Shown one piece after another: positions 17,817 to 26,697 of a stretch of DNA of 30,956 nt (position 1 is its first letter; each line of letters starts with the position of its first letter). The notes under the pieces were generated by a model. It worked only from the letters and a program-made list of their open reading frames with translations, ran no database searches and was not told where the DNA came from. Origin of the DNA: Armatimonadota bacterium (GTDB taxonomy: Bacteria; Sysuimicrobiota; Sysuimicrobiia; Sysuimicrobiales; Kaftiobacteriaceae); contig JBBIUY010000036.1 in assembly GCA_037440005.1 (NCBI GenBank), positions 1-30,956 on the forward strand, in the 5' to 3' direction. The position numbers and the translations under genes were made by a program.

Positions 17817-18791
17817 ATGGAGTTCAGACCGTTGGACGCGTTGCGCTCGCCCCGGTTTGCCCAGATCGCCACGTTCATACGGCTGCCCCACCGCAGCGAC
17901 CCGGCGGGGCTGGACGCGGCGCTGCTGGGCATCCCCTTCGACGGCGCGGTGTCCTACCGGCCGGGCCCGCGCTTTGCGCCCCGGGACATCCGCCAGCACA
18001 GCGTGCTGGTCCGCCCCTACAACCCCGTCCTGGACGTGGACCCCTTTCGGGTGCTGAAGGTGGCGGACATCGGCGACGTGGACGTCGACCCCCTGGATGT
18101 GGAGCAGACCTTCGCCCGGGTGGAGGAGGCGGTGGGCCGGGTGCTGGAGGCCGGCGCGGTGCCGGTGTGCGTGGGCGGGGACCACTCCCTGTCGCTGCCG
18201 ATCCTGCGGGCGGTGGCCCGCCGCCACGGGCCGGTGGGGATGGTGCACGTGGACGCCCACCAGGACATGTGGGAGGAGTACTTCGGCCACCGCTACTTCC
18301 ACGGCACGCCGTTCCGCCGGGCGGTGGAGGAGGGCTTGCTGGATCCCCGGCGGGTGGTGCAGGTGGGCATCCGCGGCCCCGTCTACGCCGAGGACGACTT
18401 CGCCTTCGCCCGCGCCCACGGCGTCCGGTGGGTGACCGCGGACCGCATCCAGCGGGAGGGGCTGGCCCCGGCCCTGGACCTGGTCCACAGCCTGCGAGGC
18501 GGTCCCGTGTACCTGTCCTTCGACATCGACGGGGTGGACCCGGCGTTCGCGCCGGGCACGGGCACCCCCGAGCCGGGAGGGCTGTCCAGCCGGGAGGCCC
18601 TGGAGGTGGTGCGGGCCCTGGCGGGGCTGGACCTGGTGGGCGCCGACCTGGTGGAGGTCTCCCCGCCCTACGACCACGCCGGGATCACGGCGTTGCTGGC
18701 GGCGGCGGTGCTGTTCGAGGTGCTGTCCGCCCTGGCGGTCACCCGGCGGGCCGGCCGACAGGAGTCCGCGGCGGGGGCGGGTAACCCGTAA
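17817..18791 (+). CDS. speB: Agmatinase / ureohydrolase family protein
   Basis: GIPFDG..YRPGPRFAP, GGDHS, DAHQD, HGTPF, SFDIDGVDPAFAPGTGTPEPGG and EVSPPYD. ATG at 17817 has SD GGGAGGG (alternative start 17796). Exact guanidino substrate uncertain. Confidence 0.88.
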   Translation: MEFRPLDALRSPRFAQIATFIRLPHRSDPAGLDAALLGIPFDGAVSYRPGPRFAPRDIRQHSVLVRPYNPVLDVDPFRVLKVADIGDVDVDPLDVEQTFARVEEAVGRVLEAGAVPVCVGGDHSLSLPILRAVARRHGPVGMVHVDAHQDMWEEYFGHRYFHGTPFRRAVEEGLLDPRRVVQVGIRGPVYAEDDFAFARAHGVRWVTADRIQREGLAPALDLVHSLRGGPVYLSFDIDGVDPAFAPGTGTPEPGGLSSREALEVVRALAGLDLVGADLVEVSPPYDHAGITALLAAAVLFEVLSALAVTRRAGRQESAAGAGNP

Positions 18792-18823
18792 TGTATCCCG
18801 CGGACAACAGAGGTGGTGACGCC

Positions 18824-19795
18824 ATGAGGCGGTGGACGGCAGTCCTGGCGGCGTTGCTGCTGGGCGCGCTGGTGCGGCCCGGTCCGGCGCCGGCCCAGCA
18901 GGTCCTGCGTATCGGGTATCCCGTGTGGGTGGGCTACGGCCCGCTGTTTCTGGCGGACCGCAAGGGCATTCTGGCCGACCTGGGGGTGAAGGTGGAGTTC
19001 GTCCTGATGGAGGACACCAAGACCCGCTACGTGGCCCTGGCGGCCGGCAAGATCGACGGCCTGATGACCACCATCGACACGGTGGTCCTGCGGGTGCGCC
19101 CCGACTTCCAGGTGGCGGCGGTGATGGCGTTCGACGACAGCAAGGGCGGGGACGGCATCGTGGCCCGCACGGAGATCCGGACCGTCCGGGACCTCAAGGG
19201 CAAGAAGGTCGCCTTCGGCGAGGGGTCGGTCAGCCACTTCTTCCTGGGCTTTCTGCTGCAGCAGAACGGCATGACGTTCCGGGACATCATTCCCGTGAAC
19301 ATGACCGCCGGCGACGCCGGAGCGGCGTTCGTGGCCGGCAAGGTGGACGCGGCGGTGACGTGGGAACCCTGGCTGACCCGCGGCAAGCAGGCGCCCCACG
19401 GGCACCTGCTGGTGGACAGCAGCGCCACCCCCGGCCTGATCGTGGACGTGCTGGTGTTCCGCAAGGACGTGCTGCGCCGCCGGGAAGTGGAGGTCCGCAA
19501 CGTGGTCCGGGCGTGGCACCGGGCGGTGGAGTACTGGAAGCAGAATCCCGACGAAAGCAACCGGATCATGGCCCAGGCGGTGGGCGGCTGGCTGAAGGAC
19601 CCCCAGGTGTTCGCCGAGACGCTGACGGGCATCCGCTACTACGACTACGAGCTGAACCGGGCCTTCTTCGCCCCGGGCGGGGGCATCTACAAGACCGCCC
19701 AGTTCGCCATCGACTTCTGGGCGGCCCAGGGCAAAGTGCAGGTGCCGGGGCTGCGGGCCCGGGACATCGTGGACGGATCGTTCATTGCCCGCTAG
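18824..19795 (+). CDS. ABC transporter substrate-binding protein, NitT/TauT/SsuA family
   Basis: Signal peptide, WVGYGPLFLA, DDSKGGDGIV, DLKGKKVA and VDAAVTWEPW. Confidence 0.9.
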   Translation: MRRWTAVLAALLLGALVRPGPAPAQQVLRIGYPVWVGYGPLFLADRKGILADLGVKVEFVLMEDTKTRYVALAAGKIDGLMTTIDTVVLRVRPDFQVAAVMAFDDSKGGDGIVARTEIRTVRDLKGKKVAFGEGSVSHFFLGFLLQQNGMTFRDIIPVNMTAGDAGAAFVAGKVDAAVTWEPWLTRGKQAPHGHLLVDSSATPGLIVDVLVFRKDVLRRREVEVRNVVRAWHRAVEYWKQNPDESNRIMAQAVGGWLKDPQVFAETLTGIRYYDYELNRAFFAPGGGIYKTAQFAIDFWAAQGKVQVPGLRARDIVDGSFIAR

Positions 19796-20651
19796 GAGAT
19801 CGCTGACGACCTCGGGCGCGGCTGCGCGGCCGGTTCGGCCGCGCAGCCGCCTGCTGTCCGCCCTGGACGACGCCCTGCGCCCCCACGAGCCGGTGGCGCG
19901 GCGGACGTACCTGACCGGCGTGCTGCTGTCGGCCGCCGCCCTGGCCCTGGCGTGGGCGGTCCTGACCTACGGCGGGGTGGTGCCGCCGCTGTTCCTGCCG
20001 TCGCCCACCGACGTGGTGCGCTCGGCGGTGGGCCTGCTGGCCGAGGGCAGCCTCCTGCTGCACACCCGGGCGAGCCTGCTGGTCATCGTCACCGGGTGGG
20101 CCCTGGCGGCGGTGGTGGCGGTGCCCCTGGGGATCCTGATGGGCACCCTCAAGCTGGTGGAGGCGGTGGTGGAGCCCCTGGTGGACTTCGTCCGCTACCT
20201 CCCGGTGAGCGCCATGATCCCGCTGCTGATCCTGTACATCGGCATCGGCACGGCGGAGAAGGTGGCCGTCATCTTCATCGGGACGTTCTTCCAGCTGGTG
20301 CTCCTGGTGGCCGACGTCTCCGCCACCGTGAGCAAGGACCTGCTGGACAGCGCCTACACCCTGGGGGCCAGCCGGCGCACCGTGTTCACCCGGGTCCTGG
20401 TGCCGGCCACCCTGCCCGGGGTGATGGACAACCTGCGGATCACCATGGGGTGGGCGTGGACCTACCTGATCGTGGCCGAGCTGGTCTCCGCCGACCGGGG
20501 GCTGGGCTACCTGATCCTGGACGCCATGCGGGGCCTGAACACCGACCGGATCTTCGTGGGGCTGCTGGTGATCGGCCTGCTGGGCCTGGGCTTCGACATG
20601 TTGTTCAAGTGGCTGCACCGGGTGCTGTTGCCGTGGTCGCCCCGGATCTAG
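19785..20651 (+). CDS. ABC transporter permease, NitT/TauT/SsuC family
   Basis: FLPSPTDV, RYLPVSAMIPLLILYIGIG, EAA-like DSAYTLGAS and AWTYLIVAELV..GLGY. Start uncertain. Confidence 0.9.
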   Translation: MPARRSLTTSGAAARPVRPRSRLLSALDDALRPHEPVARRTYLTGVLLSAAALALAWAVLTYGGVVPPLFLPSPTDVVRSAVGLLAEGSLLLHTRASLLVIVTGWALAAVVAVPLGILMGTLKLVEAVVEPLVDFVRYLPVSAMIPLLILYIGIGTAEKVAVIFIGTFFQLVLLVADVSATVSKDLLDSAYTLGASRRTVFTRVLVPATLPGVMDNLRITMGWAWTYLIVAELVSADRGLGYLILDAMRGLNTDRIFVGLLVIGLLGLGFDMLFKWLHRVLLPWSPRI

Positions 20652-21451
20652 CCGCGCCCGTCAAGCTGTCCCTGGAGGGCCTGCGGGTGGTCTTCACCCG
20701 CCGCCGGGGCGGTCAGGTCACCGCCGTGGAGGACCTGCAGCTGGTGGCGCGCGACCGGGAGTTCGTGTGCCTGGTGGGGCCGTCGGGGTGCGGCAAGTCC
20801 ACGGTGCTGCGGGCGGTGGCCGGCCTGATCCGGCCGGCGGCGGGACGGGTGCTGCTGGACGGGGTGCCGGTGGCGGGGCCCGGGGCCGACCGGGGCATGG
20901 TGTTCCAGTCCTACACTCTGTTCCCCTGGCTGACGGTGCAGGGCAACGTGGAGTTCGGGCCGCGGCTGCGGGGGGTGCCCCCGGACCGGTGCGCCGAGAT
21001 CGCCCGCCGGTACATCGCCCTGGTGGGCCTGGCGGGGTTCGAGCACGCCTACCCCAAGGAGCTGTCGGGGGGCATGATGCAGCGGGTGGCTCTGGCCCGG
21101 GCGCTGGCCAACGAGCCGGAGGTCCTGCTGATGGACGAGCCGTTTGGCGCCCTGGACGCCCAGACCCGGGCCCTGATGCAGGAGCTGCTGCTGCGGGTGT
21201 GGGAGCAGACCCGCACCACGGTCCTGTTCGTCACCCACGACATCGAGGAGGCCATCCTGCTGGCCGACCGGGTGTACGTGATGACCGCGCGGCCGGGGCG
21301 GATCAAACTCGAGGTCCCGGTGGACCTGCCCCGGCCGCGCACGGTGGAGGTGTTCGACTCGCCCCAGTACCTGCGGCTGCGCCGCCAGGTGCACCAGGCC
21401 ATCCGGGAGGAGAGCCTGAAGGCCCTGGCGGCGGCCGAGCCGGAAGGCTAG
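20633..21451 (+). CDS. ABC transporter ATP-binding protein, NitT/TauT/SsuB family
   Basis: GPSGCGKST, FQSYTLFPW, LSGGMMQR, DEPFGALD and VTHDIEEA. GTG at 20633 overlaps the end of the permease gene. Confidence 0.92.
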   Translation: MVAPDLAAPVKLSLEGLRVVFTRRRGGQVTAVEDLQLVARDREFVCLVGPSGCGKSTVLRAVAGLIRPAAGRVLLDGVPVAGPGADRGMVFQSYTLFPWLTVQGNVEFGPRLRGVPPDRCAEIARRYIALVGLAGFEHAYPKELSGGMMQRVALARALANEPEVLLMDEPFGALDAQTRALMQELLLRVWEQTRTTVLFVTHDIEEAILLADRVYVMTARPGRIKLEVPVDLPRPRTVEVFDSPQYLRLRRQVHQAIREESLKALAAAEPEG

Positions 21452-21795
21452 GGCCCCTGGGGCTGCTTCTGCGGGACGCAGCAGATGAACTTCAGGGTGG
21501 TGGTTCCGGTGTTGCGGATCTGGTGGCGTTCGTACGGCGGCACCCACATCACCACGCCGGGGCGCAGGGGGTGCTCGCCGTCGGGGCCCACCATCACGCC
21601 CTGGCCGTCCAGCAGGTACATCTCCTGCTCGTACCAGTGCTCGTGCAGGGGCGTGGCGGCGCCGGGATCCAGCTCGAAGATGCGCATGGCGAAGGTCTGC
21701 GCCCCGCGGCGGCGGTCGATGACCCAGCGGACCCGCACTCCCGGCATGTCCGGCGGCTGCTCGGCGGGGACGTCCTCGGGACGGAAGATCTCCAC
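21448..21795 (-). CDS. Cupin domain protein
   Basis: FAMRIFELDPGAATPLHEHWYEQEMYLLDG and PYERHQIRNTG cupin motifs. GTG at 21795 lies 7 nt after GGGGAGGG (alternative ATG 21813). Confidence 0.88.
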   Translation of the reverse strand: MEIFRPEDVPAEQPPDMPGVRVRWVIDRRRGAQTFAMRIFELDPGAATPLHEHWYEQEMYLLDGQGVMVGPDGEHPLRPGVVMWVPPYERHQIRNTGTTTLKFICCVPQKQPQGP

Positions 21796-21850
21796 GGCCG
21801 ATCCCTCCCCCATAGACGTTGGGCGCCGGGCGCCACACCTCCTGGTCCCG

Positions 21851-23164
21851 TCAGGCGGGCACCCCGCCGCACCCGCACCGGGGGGCAAACGGGCACGTCC
21901 GGACCATCCACGGCGGGCAGGGAGGCAGCTGCTCGGGCGGCGCCCCGGCCTCCAGTAGGGCCAGCCTCCTGTCGGCCTCGGCGTGGATCTGGGGCAGGTC
22001 CCGGAAATGAATGTCGTAGACCATGAATTTGTCGCCCAGCCGCTCGTAGTACACCACCAGCCGCCCCGTCTCGGACCCGACCAGGGCGCACGCAAAGGCC
22101 AGACGGTCCACCACGTGTCCCAAGGCGTACGGGATCCGGCGCCGCTCCACCATCTCGAACAGCCGCGAGATCCGCAATACGGTGGGGAGGCCCCGAAAGG
22201 TGTCGATGCGGTCGGCCAGCGACCGCAGCCGCACGGGCACTCTCCGGAAGGCGCCGGGCAGGCCGAAACGCAGTGTCTCGTACAGGCTGTCCCAAAAGCC
22301 CCGCCGCTCCAGGTCCCGCAGCCGGGCGTCGGCGTCCTCCTCCTCGTCCTCCCCGGGGCTCAGCCGCGCGTAGGCCGACCGGCGCGGGAAGACCAGGTCG
22401 GTCAGCCGCACGCCGGCGGGGCGCGGGGAGGGCGGCACCTGCGCGGCGAGGACGGATTCCAGGGCGGGGTCCGGCCGCAGGGCGAATGATCCCGGCGGTG
22501 TCACGCGGTCCGGGGGCGGGGCGGCGCCGCAGCCGCAGACCTGCTGGTAGTCGCAGCCCCGGTCGAACCACTCGCACCGGGGCAGGCCCGCCGGGTCCCC
22601 TGTCGCCAGTGCGTGCTGCAGCAGGTCCCGGCGGCGGCGCATCTGCGCCCGGATCCCGTCCAGGTCGGCGAACTCCGCCGCAAACGCGCGCAAGCGGGCG
22701 GCCCGCTGCGGGCCCGCGCGGCCGTAGACCACGATGTGGCCGCGGGGGACGTCCACCATGGCGCAGTACATCGCCAGCTGGTCGACGTAGGCCGGCCGGG
22801 CGGCATCCAGCCCCTCGGGGAGCGCGGCGGTGGTCTTCAGCTCCACCGGCGCGTCCTCGTAGATGTCGATCTTGCCCACGATCCCTTCGAACTCCACGTA
22901 CTGCTCCACGAACTCCTCGGTGGAGACCGCCGCACCGAAGGCCGCGTGGAAGCCGGTGCCGGCCAGCATGCTCTGCTGGCGGTCCGGCGAGGGCTGGATG
23001 TCCGGCCTCGTCCGGCGGAAGAAGGCCTGGCGGGGGTTGAGCAGGTCGGTGACGGAGGTCCGCCGCCGGGCCGACGGGCGGCGGAGGGCGGAGGTCAGCT
23101 CGTCCTTGACGGTCCGGTTGGCCTCGATGTTCTGGACGAAGGGCGCGGCAAAGGGGGTGCTCAA
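21851..23164 (-). CDS. Tandem Cas4-like PD-(D/E)xK nuclease protein (one active-looking domain plus one degenerate domain)
   Basis: Domain 1 has G-x2-FH (H73), E87, GKID (D100), ELK (108-110), QLAMY and C197/C204/C210/C212. Domain 2 repeats the pattern without ExK or QxxxY but keeps C416/C424/C430/C432. TTG start with GGGAG SD, 4 bp after the mrfB-like stop. Confidence 0.8.
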   Translation of the reverse strand: MSTPFAAPFVQNIEANRTVKDELTSALRRPSARRRTSVTDLLNPRQAFFRRTRPDIQPSPDRQQSMLAGTGFHAAFGAAVSTEEFVEQYVEFEGIVGKIDIYEDAPVELKTTAALPEGLDAARPAYVDQLAMYCAMVDVPRGHIVVYGRAGPQRAARLRAFAAEFADLDGIRAQMRRRRDLLQHALATGDPAGLPRCEWFDRGCDYQQVCGCGAAPPPDRVTPPGSFALRPDPALESVLAAQVPPSPRPAGVRLTDLVFPRRSAYARLSPGEDEEEDADARLRDLERRGFWDSLYETLRFGLPGAFRRVPVRLRSLADRIDTFRGLPTVLRISRLFEMVERRRIPYALGHVVDRLAFACALVGSETGRLVVYYERLGDKFMVYDIHFRDLPQIHAEADRRLALLEAGAPPEQLPPCPPWMVRTCPFAPRCGCGGVPA

Positions 23165-23168
23165 CAGG

Positions 23169-24293
23169 TCACGCTCCCAAAAGCGCCAGCAGGCCCGCCG
23201 CGGCGGATGGGGCCGGTCGGCGGGGTCGTGAGCCGGGCCCCTCCCCAGCCCCCGGAGACCGGGAGGCTGCTTTGGCCGCCAGCCGCCGGGCGCGCCGGAT
23301 CAGCCGCGGGCGCGGGACCTCCGAGCACGCGGCGGCCCGCCGGGCGTAGGCCAGGGCCCGCGCCGGGTCCCGCAGCGCCCACTCCCAGACCATCGCCAGA
23401 CGCTCCAGGACCATCCAGGGCGGCAGGATGCCCTCTTGCAGCTCCCGCTCCCACAGCTCCCGCAGCGCGTCCACCTCCCCGCGGCGGCGGTAGTGGCGGG
23501 CCAGGGCGAGGGCGGTGCGCACCCGTACCCCCGGGTCACGCTCGTCCTCCAGCGCCGCGCGGTAGCACGCCACGGCGGCGTCGGACCGCCCGCTCTCGTC
23601 CAGCAGCCGGGCCAGGCCGACTTGGTCCACGTCCACCGGAGACCGGCGGGGGTCGGCCACGATCTCGCCGGCGATCCCGTGCAGGGCCACCAGCGAGAGA
23701 ATGTCCTGGACGTTGTGGGCCACCACCGGCTCCAGCAGGTCGTCGTCCCGGGTCTGCAGGAAGCGCACGTACAGGGACGGGATCATCCACCCCGGCACAT
23801 CCACCGCCCTCTCCACCTGGAGGACCGCCTGCTCCAGCAGGGGGAGGCTGTAGCCCCCCAGCCGGCGGTGCCACAGCCGGCGGGCCAGGCGCATCAGGTC
23901 CAGGTGCGCCGCGGGTTCAGTAAGGCGCATCCGGCACATCAGGGACCGCGTGCGCAGCAGCGGCAGGTCAAACCGGGAGCCGTTGAAGGTGACCAGGGCG
24001 TCGGCGCGGCGCAGTTCGTCCTCGACCGCGGCCAGCATCTCCCGTTCGGCGGCCAGGTCGCGCAGGATGACCTGGGTCAGGCGCAGCCCCTCCGCCGTCA
24101 GCCGGGCCACGCCGACCAGGAACACGTAGGTGCCCGTGCCGCCCGCCAGCCCGGTGGTTTCGGTGTCCAGCCAGGCCACTGAGGTTCCCGCGGGTCCCGC
24201 GGCGCGGCCCCGGGCCACGGCCTCGCCCAGGGGCCGCCGGCCGTGCACCTGGTCCGGCGGCCACAGGCGGGTGCGGATGTCCACTCCGGCCAT
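23169..24293 (-). CDS. mrfB: MrfB/YprB-like RNase H-fold DEDDh exonuclease with C-terminal TPR-like region
   Basis: LDTETTGLAGGTGTYVFLVG, VTFNGSRFDLP, HLDL and HNVQDI, followed by helical TPR-like repeats; immediately downstream of a DUF1998 helicase. Confidence 0.85.
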   Translation of the reverse strand: MAGVDIRTRLWPPDQVHGRRPLGEAVARGRAAGPAGTSVAWLDTETTGLAGGTGTYVFLVGVARLTAEGLRLTQVILRDLAAEREMLAAVEDELRRADALVTFNGSRFDLPLLRTRSLMCRMRLTEPAAHLDLMRLARRLWHRRLGGYSLPLLEQAVLQVERAVDVPGWMIPSLYVRFLQTRDDDLLEPVVAHNVQDILSLVALHGIAGEIVADPRRSPVDVDQVGLARLLDESGRSDAAVACYRAALEDERDPGVRVRTALALARHYRRRGEVDALRELWERELQEGILPPWMVLERLAMVWEWALRDPARALAYARRAAACSEVPRPRLIRRARRLAAKAASRSPGAGEGPGSRPRRPAPSAAAGLLALLGA

Positions 24294-24305
24294 CGGGTCT
24301 CTCCC

Positions 24306-26651
24306 TCAGGGCGTCGGGGCGGAGGGCCTTCCGGCGGGCTCGGCCGCCGGCACAGACGCCGGGGCCAGGGCGCGGCGCAGGATGGCCAGGCAGTCGGCCT
24401 TGCCGGCGGAGCCGGCCTCCAGCACGGGTCCCACGCAGGCGGGGCAGCCCCGGTCGCAGGGACAGGCGGCGACCAGGTCGGCGGCCGCCTGCAGCAGGAC
24501 GTCGTGGATGCGGAACAGGCGCTCGGCCAGCCCCACTCCCCCGGGAGCGCGCTCGTACAGGTAGACGGTCGGCCGGCCCGTGTGGGGGGAGCGCACCTCG
24601 TACACGCGTCCCAGGTCCCGGGGGTCGCACATGACGAACAGCGGGGCGACGTTGTGCAGGGCGTGGGCCAGGGCGGCCAGGGCCCCCTGCAGCCGCTCGC
24701 CCGCAGCGGGGCCGTCGGGTCCGGGGCGCGGTCCCGGCAGCGCCGCCAGGGCGTCGGGGCCTAGAGCCCACCAGGCGGCGGTGGTGTGCACGGTGGTCTC
24801 CGGCAGGGCGATGCGGCCCCACCCGACGTTTTCGTGGGTGTGCAGCTTGAGCTTCTTGAAGATGGTGGGGCGGAACGACACCACCACGTCGCCGTGGGCG
24901 CGGGGCAGGGGTCCGGCGGCGGCGCCGTCCTCGCGTAGCACGTGGATGCCCACGGCGATCTCGGCGTCGGTGTAGTAGTCCACGTCCACCCGGCGCACGT
25001 AGGCCGTGCGGTGGTCCCAGTCCAGGCGGTCCACGTGGTACTGCTGGCCCAGGTGGAGGTAGATGGCCTGCGGGTGCACCAGGGCCGGGGCCGAGGGCAG
25101 GTCCACCTCGCCCACCACCCGGGGGGCGGGGTCGGTGGTGTCGACGATCACCACGTTCTCGGTGGACGCCGACCGCAGGCTGACGTCCTGGGCCGGGAAC
25201 CGGTCGGCCACGTAGTGCCAGCGGGCGCCGTCGTGGTGGACGATGCCCTCGGTCTGCAGGTGGCGGAGGATGTCCGCCGGCACCGTCGGCCCGAAGGGCT
25301 CGTCGGCGCCCAGGGGCAGTTCGAAGGCAGCGCACCGCAGGTGGGCCGTGAGGATCAGCAGGTTGTCGGGGTTGATGAGGGCGTGCTCCGGCGTGCGGTC
25401 GAAGAAGTACTCGGGGTGCGCCATCAGGTACTGGTCCAGAGGGTCGCTGGTGGCCACCAGGACGGCCGCCGACAGGTCGGAGGTGCGGCCGGCGCGCCCC
25501 ATCTGCTGCCAGGTGGAGGCGATGGTCCCCGGGTAGCCGGCCAGCACCGCCGCCTGCAGCTGGCCGATGTCGATGCCCAGTTCCAGCGCGGTGGTGGCGG
25601 CCACCGCCCGGACGGTGCCCTCCCGCAGGCCCCGCTCGATGGCCCGGCGCTCGGACGGGAGGTAGCCGGCCCGGTACCCGCGGACCGTCTCCGGGTCGGC
25701 GCCGGCCCGGGCGGCCGCGTCCTTCAGGTACGTGGTGAGCAGTTCGGCGCCCAGGCGGCTGCGGGCGAACACGATGGTGGGGATCCCGTGGCGGAGCAGT
25801 TCGGCGGCTAACTCTGCGACCTCCAGCAGGGTGTCCCGTCGGATGCCCAGCCCGCGGTGGACCAGGGGCGGGTTGATGAAGACGATGACCTTCTCCCCCG
25901 CCGGCGCGCCGCTGCGCTCGATGAGGGTGACCGGACGGCCGCACAGGCGCGCGGCGTGCTCGGCCGGGTTGCCGATGGTGGCGCTGGCGCCGATGTACAG
26001 CGGGTCGCTGCCGTAAAAACGGCAGATCCGCTGCAGCCGGCGTAGCACGTTGGCCACGTGGCTGCCGAAGACTCCCCGGTAGTGGTGCATCTCGTCCACC
26101 ACCACGTACCGCAGGTTCTCGAACAGGCGCAGCCAGCTGGTGTGGTGGGGCAGGATGGCGGTGTGGAGCATGTCGGGATTGGTGACCACGATGTGGCCGG
26201 CGGCCCGGATGGCCCGGCGGGCGGAGGCGGGGGTGTCGCCGTCGTAGGTGAAGGTCTTGATGTCGGCGCCCAGGTCGGCCACCAGCCCCTGCAGCTCGTC
26301 CACCTGATCCGCCGACAGCGCCTTGGTGGGAAACAGGTACAGAGCCCGGCTGGCCGGCTCCTCCAGCACCCGGGCGAGCACCGGGAGGTTGTAGCAGAGG
26401 GTCTTGCCGCTGGCGGTGGGGGTGGCCACCACCACATCCCGCCCCTCCCGGACGGCGCGGAACGCCTCCGCCTGGTGGGAGTACAGGCTGGCGATGCCCC
26501 GGCGCCGCAGGGCCGCGGCCAGCGCCGGGTGCAGGTCGTCGGGAAAGGGCACGGTCCGCGCGGGCCGGGCGGGCAGGACCCGCCAGGCGGCGATGCGGGC
26601 AGCGGTCTGGGGGTCTGAACGGAGGCGGTCCAGAATCTGGGGCAGGGTCAT
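24306..26651 (-). CDS. mrfA: MrfA/YprA/Hrq1-like DEAH-box SF2 helicase with DUF1998 C-terminal Cys cluster
   Basis: LYSHQ, TPTASGKT, FPTKAL, YDGDT, TNPDMLH, DEMH, SAT, ALELGIDIG, QQMGRAGR and MCD...CPCDRGCPAC. ATG at 26651 with GGAGG SD. Confidence 0.92.
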   Translation of the reverse strand: MTLPQILDRLRSDPQTAARIAAWRVLPARPARTVPFPDDLHPALAAALRRRGIASLYSHQAEAFRAVREGRDVVVATPTASGKTLCYNLPVLARVLEEPASRALYLFPTKALSADQVDELQGLVADLGADIKTFTYDGDTPASARRAIRAAGHIVVTNPDMLHTAILPHHTSWLRLFENLRYVVVDEMHHYRGVFGSHVANVLRRLQRICRFYGSDPLYIGASATIGNPAEHAARLCGRPVTLIERSGAPAGEKVIVFINPPLVHRGLGIRRDTLLEVAELAAELLRHGIPTIVFARSRLGAELLTTYLKDAAARAGADPETVRGYRAGYLPSERRAIERGLREGTVRAVAATTALELGIDIGQLQAAVLAGYPGTIASTWQQMGRAGRTSDLSAAVLVATSDPLDQYLMAHPEYFFDRTPEHALINPDNLLILTAHLRCAAFELPLGADEPFGPTVPADILRHLQTEGIVHHDGARWHYVADRFPAQDVSLRSASTENVVIVDTTDPAPRVVGEVDLPSAPALVHPQAIYLHLGQQYHVDRLDWDHRTAYVRRVDVDYYTDAEIAVGIHVLREDGAAAGPLPRAHGDVVVSFRPTIFKKLKLHTHENVGWGRIALPETTVHTTAAWWALGPDALAALPGPRPGPDGPAAGERLQGALAALAHALHNVAPLFVMCDPRDLGRVYEVRSPHTGRPTVYLYERAPGGVGLAERLFRIHDVLLQAAADLVAACPCDRGCPACVGPVLEAGSAGKADCLAILRRALAPASVPAAEPAGRPSAPTP

Positions 26652-26697
26652 GGCGGATTTCCTCCATGTCGCGGCCGTGGCGGCTTGGCAGTATGTG

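Noticed and set aside
21851..23164. CRISPR-Cas locus suggested by the Cas4-like protein
   Set aside because: No cas1, cas2, effector genes or repeat-spacer array anywhere in the window; the context points to DNA repair.
24306..26651. DISARM or Druantia defence system suggested by the DUF1998 helicase
   Set aside because: No methyltransferase, PLD nuclease or other partner genes; the adjacent YprB-like exonuclease indicates the MrfAB type.
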